A stretch of DNA of 64,000 nucleotides from Octopus bimaculoides (taxonomy: Eukaryota), in assembly GCF_001194135.2 (NCBI RefSeq), contig NC_068992.1:34608360-34672359 (forward strand), in the 5' to 3' direction. The notes under the pieces were generated by a model. The model was not told the DNA's origin. It saw only the letters and a list, made by a program, of their open reading frames with translations, and ran no database searches. Both the position numbers and the translations under genes were made by a program. Positions 24,179 through 37,974 of this stretch are shown piece after piece; within the stretch, counting starts at the first letter, position 1, and every line of letters begins with the position of its first letter.

Positions 24179-26624
24179 TACCACTCTTTCTTTCATTCTC
24201 TGAGCATCTTATTAGTACTTTGCATGTATCATGTCCTGGCATTGTTGTATTTTTTGTTTGTCTTTTTTCTCCATTTTTTCTTATTAATTATGTATATGTA
24301 TATGTATATAGAGGGAAAGAGAGAATAACAGATTAACTAGATTGCTAACAGTTCTTGGTTTTGTGAGCAAGAAACAATATTTAATCAATTGAAATTACAT
24401 TTACAATGAAAAAAAAGAATCATTATCAATAATAACACTTCTTGACAAAGGGACCCACTGGAAAAAACTCTGAAATTTAAATTGATTAAAAATTAAATGG
24501 AAACATGCAGTGGAGATCAAATCTTATCTTTGTTGTGTACAATGGGTGCAGCAAACATGTTTTGTTGTTAGATCTTTTAAGTTAAACATAAGTCTAATAT
24601 ACAACTGCTCTACATTAGGACAACTTTTAGTTTCATTGGGAAAAATATTAAATGATTTAAGGAAAATTTCCCTGGGATACCTTCACATATGGATGAGAAT
24701 AGGCAAAAATACTTAATGCACTGAGCAAAAAAGTTTTTAATCAAGTAAATTTTAAAAGGTTGGCTATATAGTTAGCTTCATATTAGATATAATACTTCAT
24801 TACAATTGGCTAAATGTGTAGAATAACTTGTAATAAGATTGCTATGTTGGACTTTTACCCTAATAAAACTAACTGTTATATCTCACCATTCTACAGAAGT
24901 CATACTGAAATTTTATGTTCTAAGACTCTTTAATATTATTTTCTTTCACATTTTAAAGCAAATTAACATAATTCAGGGGTTCACCTATTATGGGTTATTA
25001 TATGCAAATTTGAAAGTATTTGATATTTATGTTTCTCTTTATCTACAATGATGTTAAATAGGTATGAAATTAATACATACAAAAATATTAATTCAAACTC
25101 CACTATATACATTTTCCAAGGTTCTGTTGAAAATGATGAATCTGCTTTCTCTCAGTTGTTAAGGTGACAGTAAGTACCAAAAGATTTCACTTTCCTGGGT
25201 CATTAGTGGTAAGAAAAATACCCTCCTGAAACACAAAAAATAACCAAAATATTCAGAACAATTTTACTTGTGTTAATACACAAAGCAATTACAGATATGT
25301 TAACCATATTAAAGAAAAGACAGCATGTTTATAAACAAGTACACTTCTTGTAGACATTTTGAATGCTGAAAAAATTTAGAGAAAGCAACAGATGGATTAA
25401 CAAAATGTAATTGTAAATAATCAAGAACAGAGAAAATGTATTAGACACAGTTGATAGACCATCATTCCCATTGTTTTACTTATATGTAAAAGGTTTTACT
25501 TAACCACATTTTAAAAACTTGACAAAGTAACTAAAAATTATAACAATATCTCATTTAAATAAAAGAAATAAAACTAAGAGATTTTTCTATACTCGAAAGT
25601 AAAATCATATCAGTATGAATTATACTTGTATGATTTCATAATTCAATTAATATACTTCTCATATATCATACAATAAAATAGCTTTATGGCATCATAAAAA
25701 GACTTTCATTTAATATATTTCAGTTACCTAATCTAATTATTTTATTGATTTGTATAGATCAGAGTTAAACTACCATGTCTAATCTACCATATGACTTTCA
25801 TAATTTAATATCATTCAAAATTTAATAAATATCTATCATCATTGATACAATATCTCAGTTACCTCACTCATATTTTTGATAGCATCCAAATCTACTTTCA
25901 TAAATGCAACCGAGATATACATAATTGCTTTTACAGTTGTTCTATTCAATCAATATGTAACTATCATCATAATGTAAAATTTTCAAAATAACAATCATTT
26001 GATATTTTTGAAAACCAAAGCCAATTAAAAGATGCTAAAATAAATACTTCAAATGAAGAACATAGAACAGACTATTAAATATATTTAGTATTCATTTGAA
26101 ATTAATGATAATACAGTCTGAAGGAGTTGTCTAAAATGCAATAATGGATTCAAATATATGCATAGATGTTTAATTAAAACCATTATCTTTCTTACTGGAT
26201 TCTGCAGAATATAAGTTTTCCCATTTTCCTTTTGCCATCTAACTCTTCTGGAAAACTTTCTGTAAGCTGCCATAACCAATTATCTATTGCTGAGAAAGTC
26301 AAAATTTCCTCTAATATATCTTTGAAAGAAAATCTTCAGTTTTAGCATAAATCTCATCACTATAATTACAACATTCTTCTTAATTATCTTCATCACCACT
26401 ATGGTTTTGAATATAAGTGTGGGAAGAGACATAGCTATGTGGCATGTTGGGCAAGTGTCTTCTACAATAGTCTCCAGTTAATCACAGCCTTGTGAATGGG
26501 TTTGGGTGTTGGAAACGGAAAGAAGACTATTACATATACATATATATATATATATAAATATGTGTGTGTGTGTGTTGGTCTCTCCTTGTCTTAACATTGT
26601 GCAATATTTAATTTAATACTGAGT

Positions 26625-26840
26625 AGGGTGGCAAGTTGGCAAAACCATTAGCACACTAGGTGAAACGCATTTTGTCCATCTTCATGTTCCACATTCAAAT
26701 TCCGGTCAGGTCATCTTTATCTTTCATCTTTCCAGGGTCAATAAAATAAGTACCAGTTGAGCGGTGGAGGGGGTGTTGATGTAATCAACTTACCCCATTA
26801 CATGAAATTGCTGGCCTTGTGCCAAAATGTGAAATCAACA
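26625..26840 (+). mobile_element. SINE family B, decayed
   Basis: Same head and CTTTCATCTTTCCAGGGTCAATAAAATAAGTACCAG core. Confidence 0.72.
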
Positions 26841-29800
26841 TTGTAAATGAGTGCCATTGTCATTCAGATAGTGTCATTCATTGCAAATTTTCCATTAAAA
26901 CATGTTGCTAGAGGAAAGTATTATTTTGCCAGAGAACAGGAGAGATTTGTCAACATGAAAGACATCTAGCTGTAGAAAAATGTGCTTTAACAAATTTCCC
27001 CAAGGTTATACAAATAGAGAAATGCAGACATAAAAACATGATGATGTTTTTGTGGTTGTTTGAAGCAAAATGGAAGATACTAATAATTTCAGATGACAAA
27101 ATAATTGTAACAACTGATGTTTTTTTCATGCAAAAGTGCATTGCATGGACTGATTTCCACTTATAAATTCAACCAGGACAAGAACTCACTTCCTAAGAAT
27201 GAGCTGTTGTATCAGGGTGACCACCTAAATTGATAAACATTTTGGCTACTCTCCAGCATAATCCACCATAACTTTTACTGGATTACCAATCTTTACCTCA
27301 AACATACCATTAGCAATATATATTCATTTTCCAAAAATGGAAATCTAAATTTAGTCATTCAACCCACAATAAAGAGCAAGCAAATTCCTTCAAATATACT
27401 ATTATCCATCTTAGAAAAGAAGGAATCATTGGCTAACGTAGTTAAAGATAATAAAAGCATACTGAATAATTTTCTTGGCTTAACTGACTTTGCTTGTAGG
27501 ACAAATCTGGGAGTAAAAAACAACTAATGTAATCACTTGTTCACTTTTGATATAGGCATTGCAAGTGTTCAGGAGTATTCCTGGTGATATGCTCTGCTTC
27601 CAGTTTGTAAAGAGCTCTTTTAAACTATCCAAGTCCAGAAAAGCAACAGTTATCAATTGTTGTTGATGTTAATCACTCATTTTTTAACCATCTTTAAAAT
27701 TTGAATATAATGGGTATAAAATATACGTAAAACTATATAAGATACATTTTTAAAGGTACTAAGAAACTAATATGACAGCAACTCTTCTGTCAAGAGAGTT
27801 GCCAAACAAGAGATAGTCAGTTAATTCAAGAATATTATCAAGGCATTAAAGTTTGAATAGCTTTCTATAAGAAAGAGTAAAAGAATGCATCCTAAACACA
27901 CAAGAAATTACAAGATTTGCTTATAAATGAAATAGATCATCTATTTTTATATGACTACATGGCATTTGGGTGGATTTAGTAGAGTCAATTCTGCTGCAAT
28001 TATTTGGGCCATGTCTTTGATCTGAGAGTAACTTATTTCCTTCCTCCCTCTAATCTTGAAGACCCTGATAAGGATCATGGGAGCCTCCTCAAATAGTCAT
28101 TAAACTGGAAAAGTACTTTGAAAGCAAGTTATTTTAATTGAAGCTAAGGTTTAAAAAAAAAAAGGTGCTAGTATACCTTTGAAAGGTGCTAGTATACCTT
28201 TGAAAGGTGCATATTTAAAAAAAAATATTTTTAAAAAAATATTACTTCATGTTTCTTTATACTCACAAATCTAGTTTAGAGTACATTTCCCAATTTTCCC
28301 TTACATTAAAATTATTAACTAATAAATTTTAGAAAATGTCAATCAATGACAAAAACACTGTCCTGTCTCTTCCAAGTAATTAACCTGAAGAAATAAAAAA
28401 CAATTCATGTATACTTAAGTTACCCTCAAGACTTTTGTGAGATACATAACAGGATTTGAGTTGTAGAGATAAATTCAGATTAAACAAAACATTCAGAGAT
28501 ACTATGTATTCCCTAAAGCATATATTTAAAATGAATAAATTATATAAAGAATTTGAAGACTGTTATTTTTAGGTGAACAACTTCCTCTATGTTATTTGCT
28601 TCTTGCTCAGATAGTGACTTTCAGTGCAGTAACTAAATCTCACTGGAACTATTCTAAATAACAGGAATACATGCTTGATAATGCTGCCATACATACTTCT
28701 GAAAATGACAAGTATCTCAATATTGAAATACGTTTTGCTCATACTGCTACCCAATTAGGGATGATCTATGACTAAAAACATAATAATCATAAGATGGAAT
28801 AAATAGCCCATGAAAACAGAATAATAAAACGTTTTTCTTTTCATAGATGGCCCTTGTGTATCATAAAGGCAAAAATATCTTGCAAAAAATTGAAACTGAA
28901 TCACAGTTACAATGTTTTCTGTATTTACTACTACATTACTATTCCATCACATTGTTGATCTGGTTTGACTAGGCACAAGAAAAATGTACGGGGAAGTTGA
29001 TTTTAGTGTAAAACTAGTATTTACTAACCCAAGAGGTATAAAATCCAATGATAACCCAGGAAATAATTTCTAAGAATATAGATGGAAAATATTTAAATAT
29101 TGCAAAGCATTTAATCTGGTATTCAGCTATCTCTGCCCAGTAAATGGACTCACATTTATTATTGAAATGGAAATAAGATGAATTTAGGTCTGTGATCTGT
29201 TTTATTTATCTGATGAAATGATACTAAGAGACCAATAAATAAATAAGCAAACAGAGACAGCTGGGAAAATGGTCATAAACGTGTTAATAAGAATGGTAAT
29301 AGGGAAGATTATTTGAACTGCAGTAATCTGAACAGAATCAATTGTAATAATTTCTATGGCAACATAAGTCATTATTTAACTACTTTAATGTTTAAGGTAT
29401 TATAATGTCTTTGAAAACTTCTGTTGTGGAATTGTATCTCAGATTCCATCTTATCATTTTCTTACAGAAGTTTTAATAGACGTCTGCATAAGAGGTATAT
29501 AATATTCGAAAATCTTTATTTCAACTACTTGCTAGCACACTTACACACACACACTAATACAGGCATATATATTCAGACCAACTCAAGAACAACATACACA
29601 GTCACACAGACTATATAATATTGCACCTGCTCCTTTTCCCTCTTACACTTTCTTACAACGTCCCGCCCTGCCACACAAACATATTATTTATTATGCTGTA
29701 CATCGCTCATAAGTGTCTGCATAGCTTTGCATATATACATAAGTTTGGAAGATTGTAACATATGCAAGTAATTCAAAGTCTGATGAATATCCACTAAATA

Positions 29801-30779
29801 ATTACATAAATATTTATGCTTGGCACTTAGCCTGAATATAAATACATTTTAAATATATTACTTATTTGTAAATATTAAGACAGTTACTACTGTCCATTTC
29901 CTATAATAAAAGCAAAACAATGAATTAAATGTAGAGTTTCTTAAGACAAAATTAGAAGTAAATCTGTTTGTTAATATTGATGCATTTCATTCCACAATTG
30001 GTATTACGTTTACAATTGTTTTAGCTGCAGAAATAGATGTAATATTTCTTTCTTTGAAGCCACAATCAGAATTCTTTCCTCTTCAATTCATGTTACTCTG
30101 CGAGAATTTCATCTCTTACTTATATTTGGAATGACATCATGTTAAACAAAACATTCACAGAATCAACAACATTCAGCTTAAGGATCACAGTAAAAAAGGC
30201 AGTTTCATATTAAGAGAGAGGGGTCCTAAGCAGAATGTTTTCTTTGCTATAGAGGAGCTATGTGGCTACTCTCATTATAGAAGAGAAAGTGAGAGTAACT
30301 TATTAAAGAGAAATTGCACAAAGGTTGAGGTGGATAGAGATAAAAATGATGATGATGGGGTGTCAGAAGAGCTCTTCAAGGTATGAAGTTAGCAGAAGTT
30401 AGTGGGAAGAGAATTTCAGGGAGTATGGTTGAGTAGAGGTGACAAGAGTATATGGGAAAATGAGAGATGGTCAGAGATAGAGAATGGGTGAGACAGTGAT
30501 TATAGTGAATGAAGTACAAACGTTGGAGGATAAGTATACATTGGAGGAAATGCAAGGAATGCTACTACTACTACTACTACTACTAATAATAATAATAATA
30601 AATCAGTATTGCTTGGAACTAGTTACAAAAATCAGCATTTCTTGGAACTTCAAGAATTCTTAACAGGGTTCTTGAAACATGACCAGTAAACAAGTGTCAG
30701 CCTAGACTGCTGTCTGTGGACAGCTGACACTTTCCATCATACTCAGCAAAAGAAGGCAAGAGTTTTCATCAAATAATGA

Positions 30780-30782
30780 TAA

Positions 30783-30850
<68 letters not shown>

Positions 30851-30858
30851 ATAGTAGT
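30780..30858. repeat. (AGT)n microsatellite
   Basis: Direct inspection. Confidence 0.95.
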
Positions 30859-31001
30859 GAAAACTTTATAAGATATTTATCATTGAAAAGTCAGACTGGA
30901 GATTTTATCCAGGAAAAATCTCTTTACAGATATATTCTCTCAAAAAAAACATAACATACTTCAGAACTAGGGGAAACAAAAACACTCCAAAAGAGACTAT
31001 G

Positions 31002-31290
31002 AGAGTGAAAGATGTGCATTTTACCATATTTATATTGTGTCAATGTCACATACTTGGGTCACTTCCAAAACAAGGCCATATCAGTCAATTTGAAGTATAT
31101 ATCAACAATACACTGATTTGCAGTGACATCGGTTAGGCTGAATGAAATTCAGCATTGTTGCAAACCAGTGTATTGTTTATATACTGTCTTTATAGATTTC
31201 AGATTGGCCGATTTGACCTTGTTTCAGAAGTGATACAAGTATGTGACATTGATAAGCCACAACTATGGTGAAATGCATATCTGTCACTCT
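31002..31290. mobile_element. About 290-bp foldback palindrome (MITE-like)
   Basis: Left GATGTGCATTTTACCATA..TCAATGTCACATACTTG..ACAATACACTG mirrors right CAGTGTATTGT..CAAGTATGTGACATTGA..TATGGTGAAATGCATATC. Confidence 0.75.
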
Positions 31291-33075
31291 TGTGGTCAAT
31301 TCTTGGATGCTTTCATTTTGCCTGCCTCTGAAGTATGTATTCTTTAAAATAATATGTTTATAAAGGAATTTTTTCCCTCAACAAACACAGCAGCCTCTGA
31401 CTTTTCAATGATAAATTTATTAAAAATATTGTATAGACGAAGATTTTATTCTGTAATTACTTTTATGCATATTTCAAATAATAACAACAATAATAATGAT
31501 AACAGCAACAGCAAGCACTTAGATAAACATTGATTTATAAAGCAATAATTGACATAAGACAGGAAGTTTATTCTATTTCCAAATGGCATATCAATGATTA
31601 ATGAGTGCAGAAATAACATATGTTACCTGATTCAAAAGAATTGATACTTTCTGTTTGGAAATAAAATGCTATATTTATTGTGCATTACGGATGGTTTTCA
31701 TTTGTTTTATAAATTTATTGCAAACTTTTCTGGATTATTTCTTTGGCAAGTTTACCTTATTAGAAATAATTTTGAAAGGAATTACAAGTGTGTATGAATC
31801 CCATGGTGAATTTTAAGGAAAGAAAAATATAAGTTCCTTTTGCAGTCAATATGACAGCGGAGGATACAATAAGGTACAGCCCTAATTTTTGTGTTCGACC
31901 CAAGAAAAAAAAACTCTTTTGCCTCTGTGCCAGTAGTATTATCATGAGAGAAATGAAACCAGTGAAAGGATCAAGGATGAACATGGGCTTGAACTAAGCA
32001 ACATTTGAGCCACATTGACAAGTGAAAAAATTGTATCTCAGACAATACTCCCTATACTACAAAAATGGCCATACACCAAATATCACCACAATCTTAATTC
32101 TGTCATACTGATATTATCAGCAAAGCAGGGTTTGAAATGCTTTCACACAAAATTAAACCTAAATAATTCTTACTTTCTTCCATTTGCTCTTATATAATTT
32201 TTCTCATATACAATTAATGTTATTTTTGTAATTGTATCTTATAGTTCTTTCTGCTCATTAGTTAAGTTTTATCAATGAACAGAAACATTACCTTAAGTTA
32301 TTGGTCTTATTAAAATAGGAGTTGATTTAGATATATTTGGTGCTTTAGATATATTTGGCACATGATGACAACAGTAAAGTTATGGCTAGTGATACAGAAG
32401 CCTATTTAAAATGAGCATATGTAAACCTTCACACTAACTAGTTCTATCAACTATTTCCAAAGTTTCTGTTTATGGTTTATGTGTTTGGTGCATGACAACT
32501 GAATAGTAAATGGATTGCAAGTGGATGAAATTTGTGTGAGACTGTTTATCAAGGAATTAAATGCGATTTCATCTTCATAAAAGTAGTGAGGGTGACAATA
32601 AGTAATTGTACATAGTGTTAGTACTAACTCCAGTTGCATTACTGAGCCCAATGTCAGCCTTGAACAAGCAAACCTAGGATTAAAAGCATAAAAATTTTGT
32701 CTTCTTATTAAGATAAAGGGTGTGAATAAAGGAAATTCAGATGCTTCTTTTAGCAGGTTGATCAATCCAGATTGTTTCTAATTTGCCTATTATAATTTAC
32801 AGTTTACTATCACTAAGTGTTAAATGACTTTCAGTATTTTATAGAATAGTTATTACCTTTATATTTGCCCACATTAGATATTTGCTAAAAATATAACTAA
32901 TCCTTTTGACATACATGGCCAGTAAATTCTATAGTGGCATGCATGATTTACTAATCTAGTCAACATACAACTAACAGGCTTTTTTTGTACACAAGAGCTG
33001 ATAAAAACTGTACATGCCCCTTTATATGCAATGATTTTATAAAACTGCCAATCATATCTGATGTATTCTTCTGTA

Positions 33076-33972
33076 TGAGGTGGTATCAAAAAGTTCCTGA
33101 ACAAGTTCTGTAGCATGCCTACAGATGGCAGCACACAGTTGCATGCACAGTGAGAGCTAGCAGTGACCTTCATGAAGCAGTGTGCCAAAGGACATGATTG
33201 TGTTTACTTCACAAGTCATGAAATTTGTGATCACATGTATGCTGTAGTCTGTGATTTTGTCATGGACAGGAACAAAGAACCAGTGTGAAATTTTGCATTA
33301 GACTTAGATAGTCTGCTACAGAGACATTGAGCCTGCTTCAGCAAGCTTATGACAATGAGAAAATGGGTCACATGCAATGTTTTGAGTGGCATGGGCACCT
33401 CAAAAGCAGATGAATGTCCCTGGCAGATGATGAATAATACGGAAGACCTGCCACAAGCATCACTCCTGGAAATGTGGTATTGTGCATCGAGAGTTCGTCT
33501 CTCAGAGCCAAACTGTGAAGAGTTCTACAATGTTTTGAAGCATTTGAGGGAGGACATTCAGCAAAAGCAACCAGATCTGTGACACACGAAGAATTGGATT
33601 CTTCACAACAACAATGCACCCTGTCACCAAGCTCTCCTCACTCATGAGTTTCTCACCAAAAGCAACATGTCATCATTTCTGCATCCACCCTATTCACCAG
33701 ACTTAGCACCTGTGGATTCCCATCTCTTCCCCAAGGTGAAAATGCAGCTCAAAGGTCACTGTTTTAACACCATTATCAAAATTCAGAGTAAATCGTAGAA
33801 GGTCCTTGACACACAGAAAATGACTTCCAGGCCAGATTTCAAAAGTGGCAGGAATGCTGGGACAGATGTTTCCCTGCACAAAGTGACTATTTTGAAGGAG
33901 ATGCTGTTAAATCTTACATAAGATATTTTTTATTAAACATAACTAGTCCTGGAACTTCTTGTTACCACCTCA
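33076..33972 (+). mobile_element. Internally deleted mariner transposon
   Basis: TIRs TGAGGTGGTATCAAAAAGTTCC / GGAACTTCTTGTTACCACCTCA with TA TSDs; peptide HPPYSPDLAPVDSHLFPKVK. Confidence 0.92.
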
Positions 33973-34386
33973 TACATTAATAAATGTCTGGATATTTGTT
34001 ATGCATGCTCTCATAGATAGTTTTCTTTTCTGAAGAATGACACATTTTCAATTATCTACAATATTTCTAGCTAATTTTACATCTAATATGACATAAGTGC
34101 CTTTGAACTCCTTCAGGTTTAACACAGGATGATTACCTGTGTAAAGATACTTGACTAAACTAAGTAGACAAAATGTGGATTACATTTTGATTAATTTAGG
34201 GAAAATTTAGATATTTCAGAAGAAAATAATATACCAAAATTAATCAAAGTTCTCTAATATTCTAAGTTGTTAAAAAGTATTGATAAAGAAAAATCCATAG
34301 GTAGAGAATAGCCAAGTTAGCAACTTCTGGTAATAAACATAAGAATTGTATGGTATAATCAAACCAAGGTATTATATTCATCCTAC

Positions 34387-34518
34387 CAATTACAAAGGAA
34401 CATCTCTACTTTTACAATGAACAAAAAAACATCATTTACAGAGTCATAATTAAGTTCATGTGCATGAGATGATTTAACCGTTAAGATCTTGTATAATGGT
34501 CTTAATAAAGCTAAATCA
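34387..34518 (-). CDS. Putative exon G of unidentified minus-strand gene (S-DLALLRPLYKILTVKSSHAHELNYDSVNDVFLFIVKVEMFLCN)
   Basis: Acceptor gttgtttcag, donor TTG|gtagga, 132 nt open; phase 2 start matches the end of exon F. Confidence 0.62.
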
Positions 34519-34594
34519 CTGAAACAACTTTCCACCCATATATGTATAAATGATAGACAGAAAAACAATTTGAAGTGTAATTATTACATTAGGG

Positions 34595-34810
34595 AAGGCA
34601 ACAAACTGGCAGAATTGTTAGCACACTGGATGAAATGCTTTGCAGTATTTCACTCGCTGCTCTATTCGAAGTTCAAATTTTGCTGAAGTCAATTTTGTGT
34701 TTCATCCTTTCAGGGTCGATAAATTAAGCACCAGTGAAACACTGGGGTCAATGTAATTGGCTAGTCTCCTCCCACCAAATTCCTGGCCTTGTGCCTATAA
34801 TAGGAAGGAT
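34595..34810 (+). mobile_element. SINE family B
   Basis: Family B head and core. Confidence 0.8.
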
Positions 34811-35184
34811 TTTACATTAGGGAAAAGTACATCACGATGCAGTTCAGTAATTTTGTTTAATAATTCATTGGTAAAAAGTGAGTTAAGAAAAATACTTGAT
34901 CTGTGTACTGATTTTAAATGTAACATTTCACCATAAGTTGATATATCAACTTTCTGTATTTCACATAATTGATTAACATTGAGCTCAGTCTGATCATTTT
35001 CTATTTCAGGGTATTTCCAGGTAAATTAAAATAATTTACTGAAGCATCTTGAGATATTAAAAACACCTGAGTCAGATATAATGTGAAATACTTCTTAAAC
35101 CTCTCATCAATGTCAGCAAATGTGTATGCACCCATTTTTCATCATCACCAAATATATTTTTCACATCTCAATGGAAAATCTGAA

Positions 35185-36055
35185 ATGCATTAAAGATGCA
35201 TCTGACTTTTATTTTTTCCACCAAAACTAATGCCATGTCAGCAAATTTCTTTGCATGGGAGGTGACGCCAACCTTTCTGCAGGTGTGTGAAAATTTTTGT
35301 GCTGGTACACTGTGTCAGTTTGTGGCTGTTATGCACACAGTGTATAGACATGTAGTGCATGCTTGTTGGATTCTTGCTTTCTAGCAAAATGAACAAATGC
35401 ATCGAGTAGAGACCATAAACTCATGTCTCATCACCAGTGATGATGATTTTCATGAAGTCTGGGTTGTGGTTTGCACAGTCCAGTATTTCCTAAGTGATTT
35501 ACATACAGAGCTTCTTCTGCTGGTCCACCAGCCCCCTTCGGCATGAATTTCACTAACACTCTCCACATGCACAAATTTTCCATTGAAATGGAATACACTA
35601 ATCCTGTGTTTATTCCCACTTTGTGAGCAATCTCCTGGTTTGTTACACAACAGTCTTCTATAATTATTCACAATTCTCAATCGGTTCCTCATTTTGGTTC
35701 GCTTTCTACTGAGGTACTTCTATGTTTTAAGTAGTAGTACCACTCTTCGATCTGAATTTTGCCCATTGCATCATCGCCAAAGGCCTGCTGAATCTTCTGG
35801 ATACCTTGATTATCACCAAGCTTTTGGCAAAACATCTCTCCTTGATGCAATTCAGTGAAAAAGAAAATCTGATGAGTGTGCACTACACATCTGTTTTCTA
35901 GGTTTAACACCCAAAAACTGACTCAGCCTACAAGTATGAAAATTTTCTCTAATGTGCAGAATTGGTGACATCACCTCCCACCCAGGAGATTTTGCTCACA
36001 TGGCATTTTTTTGGCAAGAAAATATCAAAGTTGGATACTTTTTGAACATACCTCA
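35185..36055 (-). mobile_element. Mariner relic whose 3' part is replaced by an inverted copy of the 5' end
   Basis: Peptides FCQKLGD..KIQQAFGDDAMGK..EWY and FMKIIITGDET. Right TIR ends CATACCTCA|TA. 35185-35400 is an inverted homolog of 35850-36055. Confidence 0.75.
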
Positions 36056-36064
36056 TATTTAACC

Positions 36065-37532
36065 TGCTTTTGTTCATCATAGTCTTCCAGGCAATAGCAG
36101 AGGAAATTAAGACAGGCTGCCTCTGAAAGCTCCTCTATGCTGATGACCTTGTTCTTATAGCCAAATCACTACAAGAATTACAGAAGAAATTTCAGACATA
36201 GAAGCAAGGTCTAGAATCAAAGGGCCGTAGAGCCAATCTAGTAAAAACAAAAACCTTAGAAAGTAGGAGAGCAGACAAATTACAAATCGTTTCAGGTAGA
36301 TGGTCCTGCTTGATCTGTAGAAAAGGTGTTGGTAGAAACTCCATAAAATGTACCCAATGTAAGCTGTGGACACACAAGAGGTGCAAGAAATATCAGAGGA
36401 AAGTTAACTGGGAAGACAGTTTTTGTGTGTGGAAGGTGCACAGGTACAATTAACACTAAAAATGTACAGAAAATAGACTCCATCAAATACCAGGCAGGAA
36501 AACTAGTCGATAGCTTCCATTACCTCGGTGATGAAGTCAATAGCAGGGTGGATGCTCTAAGAGCATAGCTGCTAGAATAAGAGTAGGTTGGGTAAAGTTC
36601 AGAGAGCTCTTACTTCTGCTGGTAACAAAGGGCCTGTCTCTCAGAGTGAAAGGCAGACTGTATGATGTCTGTGCATGAACAGCCATGCTACATGTCAATG
36701 AAATATGGGCTGTAACTGCTGAGGATATGCATAGGTGCATAAGAAATAAAGCTAGTATGCTTTGCTGGATGTGTTATATCAGTGTCTTTGCATGACAGAG
36801 TGTAAGCATCCTCAGAGAAAATTTGGGCATTAAAGGCATCAGGTGTGGTGTGCAAGAGAGACGACTGCATTGGTGTGGTTATGTGATGTATATGGACAAT
36901 GATGGAAGGAACCTGTGGAAATCATGGGATGAGGTGAAGCATGATTTTTGAATGTTGAGCTTCACGGAGGCAATGGCAAATAACTGGGACCTTTGGCAAT
37001 ATGCTGTGCTTGAGAAGACCCATCAAGCCAAGTGAGATTGTAGTTGTGGCCAATGCCAGTATTGCATAACTGGCATGTAAAAAGCATTCTTCAAACATTG
37101 GGCAATATGCTATACTTGAGAAGACCTGTGAAGCCAAGTGAAATTGTAGTCATGGCCGATGCCAGTGTCGTCTGACTGGCACCCATGCTGGTGGCACGTA
37201 GAAAGCACTGTTTGAACATTGGGCCTCATGCAGGGAATGACAGGTGACTGAGACCTTTGGTGATATACCGTGCTTGTGAAAACCTGTAAAGCCAAGTGAG
37301 ATCATAGTCGTGGCCAATGCCAGTGTCACATGAATGGCATCCATGCTAGTGGCAAGTAAAAAGCACCCACTATACCCTTGGAGTGGGTGGCATAAGGAAC
37401 AGAATCCAGCCATAGAAACCATGCCAAATCAGATTTGAACCTAGTACAGATCCCTGGCTTACCAGTTGTCAGTTAAACTGTCCTACCCATGCCAACATGG
37501 AAAGTAAACTTTAAATGATGATGATGACGATA
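36065..37532 (+). mobile_element. RTE-clade LINE, decayed 3' half with (GAT)n tail
   Basis: LYADDL relic at 36135; three tandem 3' UTR units at 37010-37330; tail GATGATGATGACGAT. Confidence 0.88.
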
Positions 37533-37974
37533 TAAATTCATTAAAAAAAAACATCCTGTTTTTATGTATAATAATTAGTTCATTTCATGAGGTTTCCAAT
37601 TTATTTAGTTCTGCATCAACTGTAGCATTTGTAGTTTGAAAAACAATATGACAGTGAAATCCTTTTAAAATTTTGACCCAAACCAACACTTTAATGATGC
37701 ACTCAAAAGTTTGTTTTGGCTTGGTGAGTTGGGAGCTGGAAATCTGTTAAGGCAGCATATTGTTTCCCTTGAAAAATCAACCACAAGATTCAGTTTTAAT
37801 GAATTCTATTTATTTCCATATTGACATTACAAAGGTTACTTGTTTAAGACTGTTATGCTGAATGTTAGTAGCTAGTGTGTGAAAGTGTATGTCTGGTGTA
37901 AGGAGGAGAAAATGTAAGTTTTCATGCTTTGTGAGGTGGTTCTTTAGTGCAATGTCAAAAGTGGCATGACTTGC

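Noticed and set aside
25700-26400. AT-rich decayed coding-like stretch (DILEEILTFSAIDNWLWQLTESFPEEL)
   Set aside because: Short, stop-ridden and unassignable.
27260-27340. Minus-strand peptide GMFEVKIGNPVKVMVDYA, faintly like the MurE VIVDYAH motif
   Set aside because: 18 residues bounded by stops with no other Mur motifs; probably coincidence.
28165-28210. 21-bp tandem duplication AAAGGTGCTAGTATACCTTTG (similar local duplications at 43735-43776 and 32327-32358)
   Set aside because: Only 2 to 2.4 units with no spacers; ordinary slippage, not CRISPR-like.
30200-30560. Purine-rich stretch resembling a CR1/L2 3' end on minus
   Set aside because: Too decayed to support beyond a loose HPF..NSLP resemblance.
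31755-31870. Possible U12-type signals on minus (GTATCCTC 5' site, TTCCTTAA branch)
   Set aside because: Both deviate from consensus, there is no matching AG end, and the intron would be only about 60 nt.
31846-31873. Plus-strand micro-exon candidate QYDSGGYNK; similar isolated plus candidates at 13251-13295 and 28849-28905
   Set aside because: Splice-like sites are present, but no phase-consistent chain and no recognisable protein.
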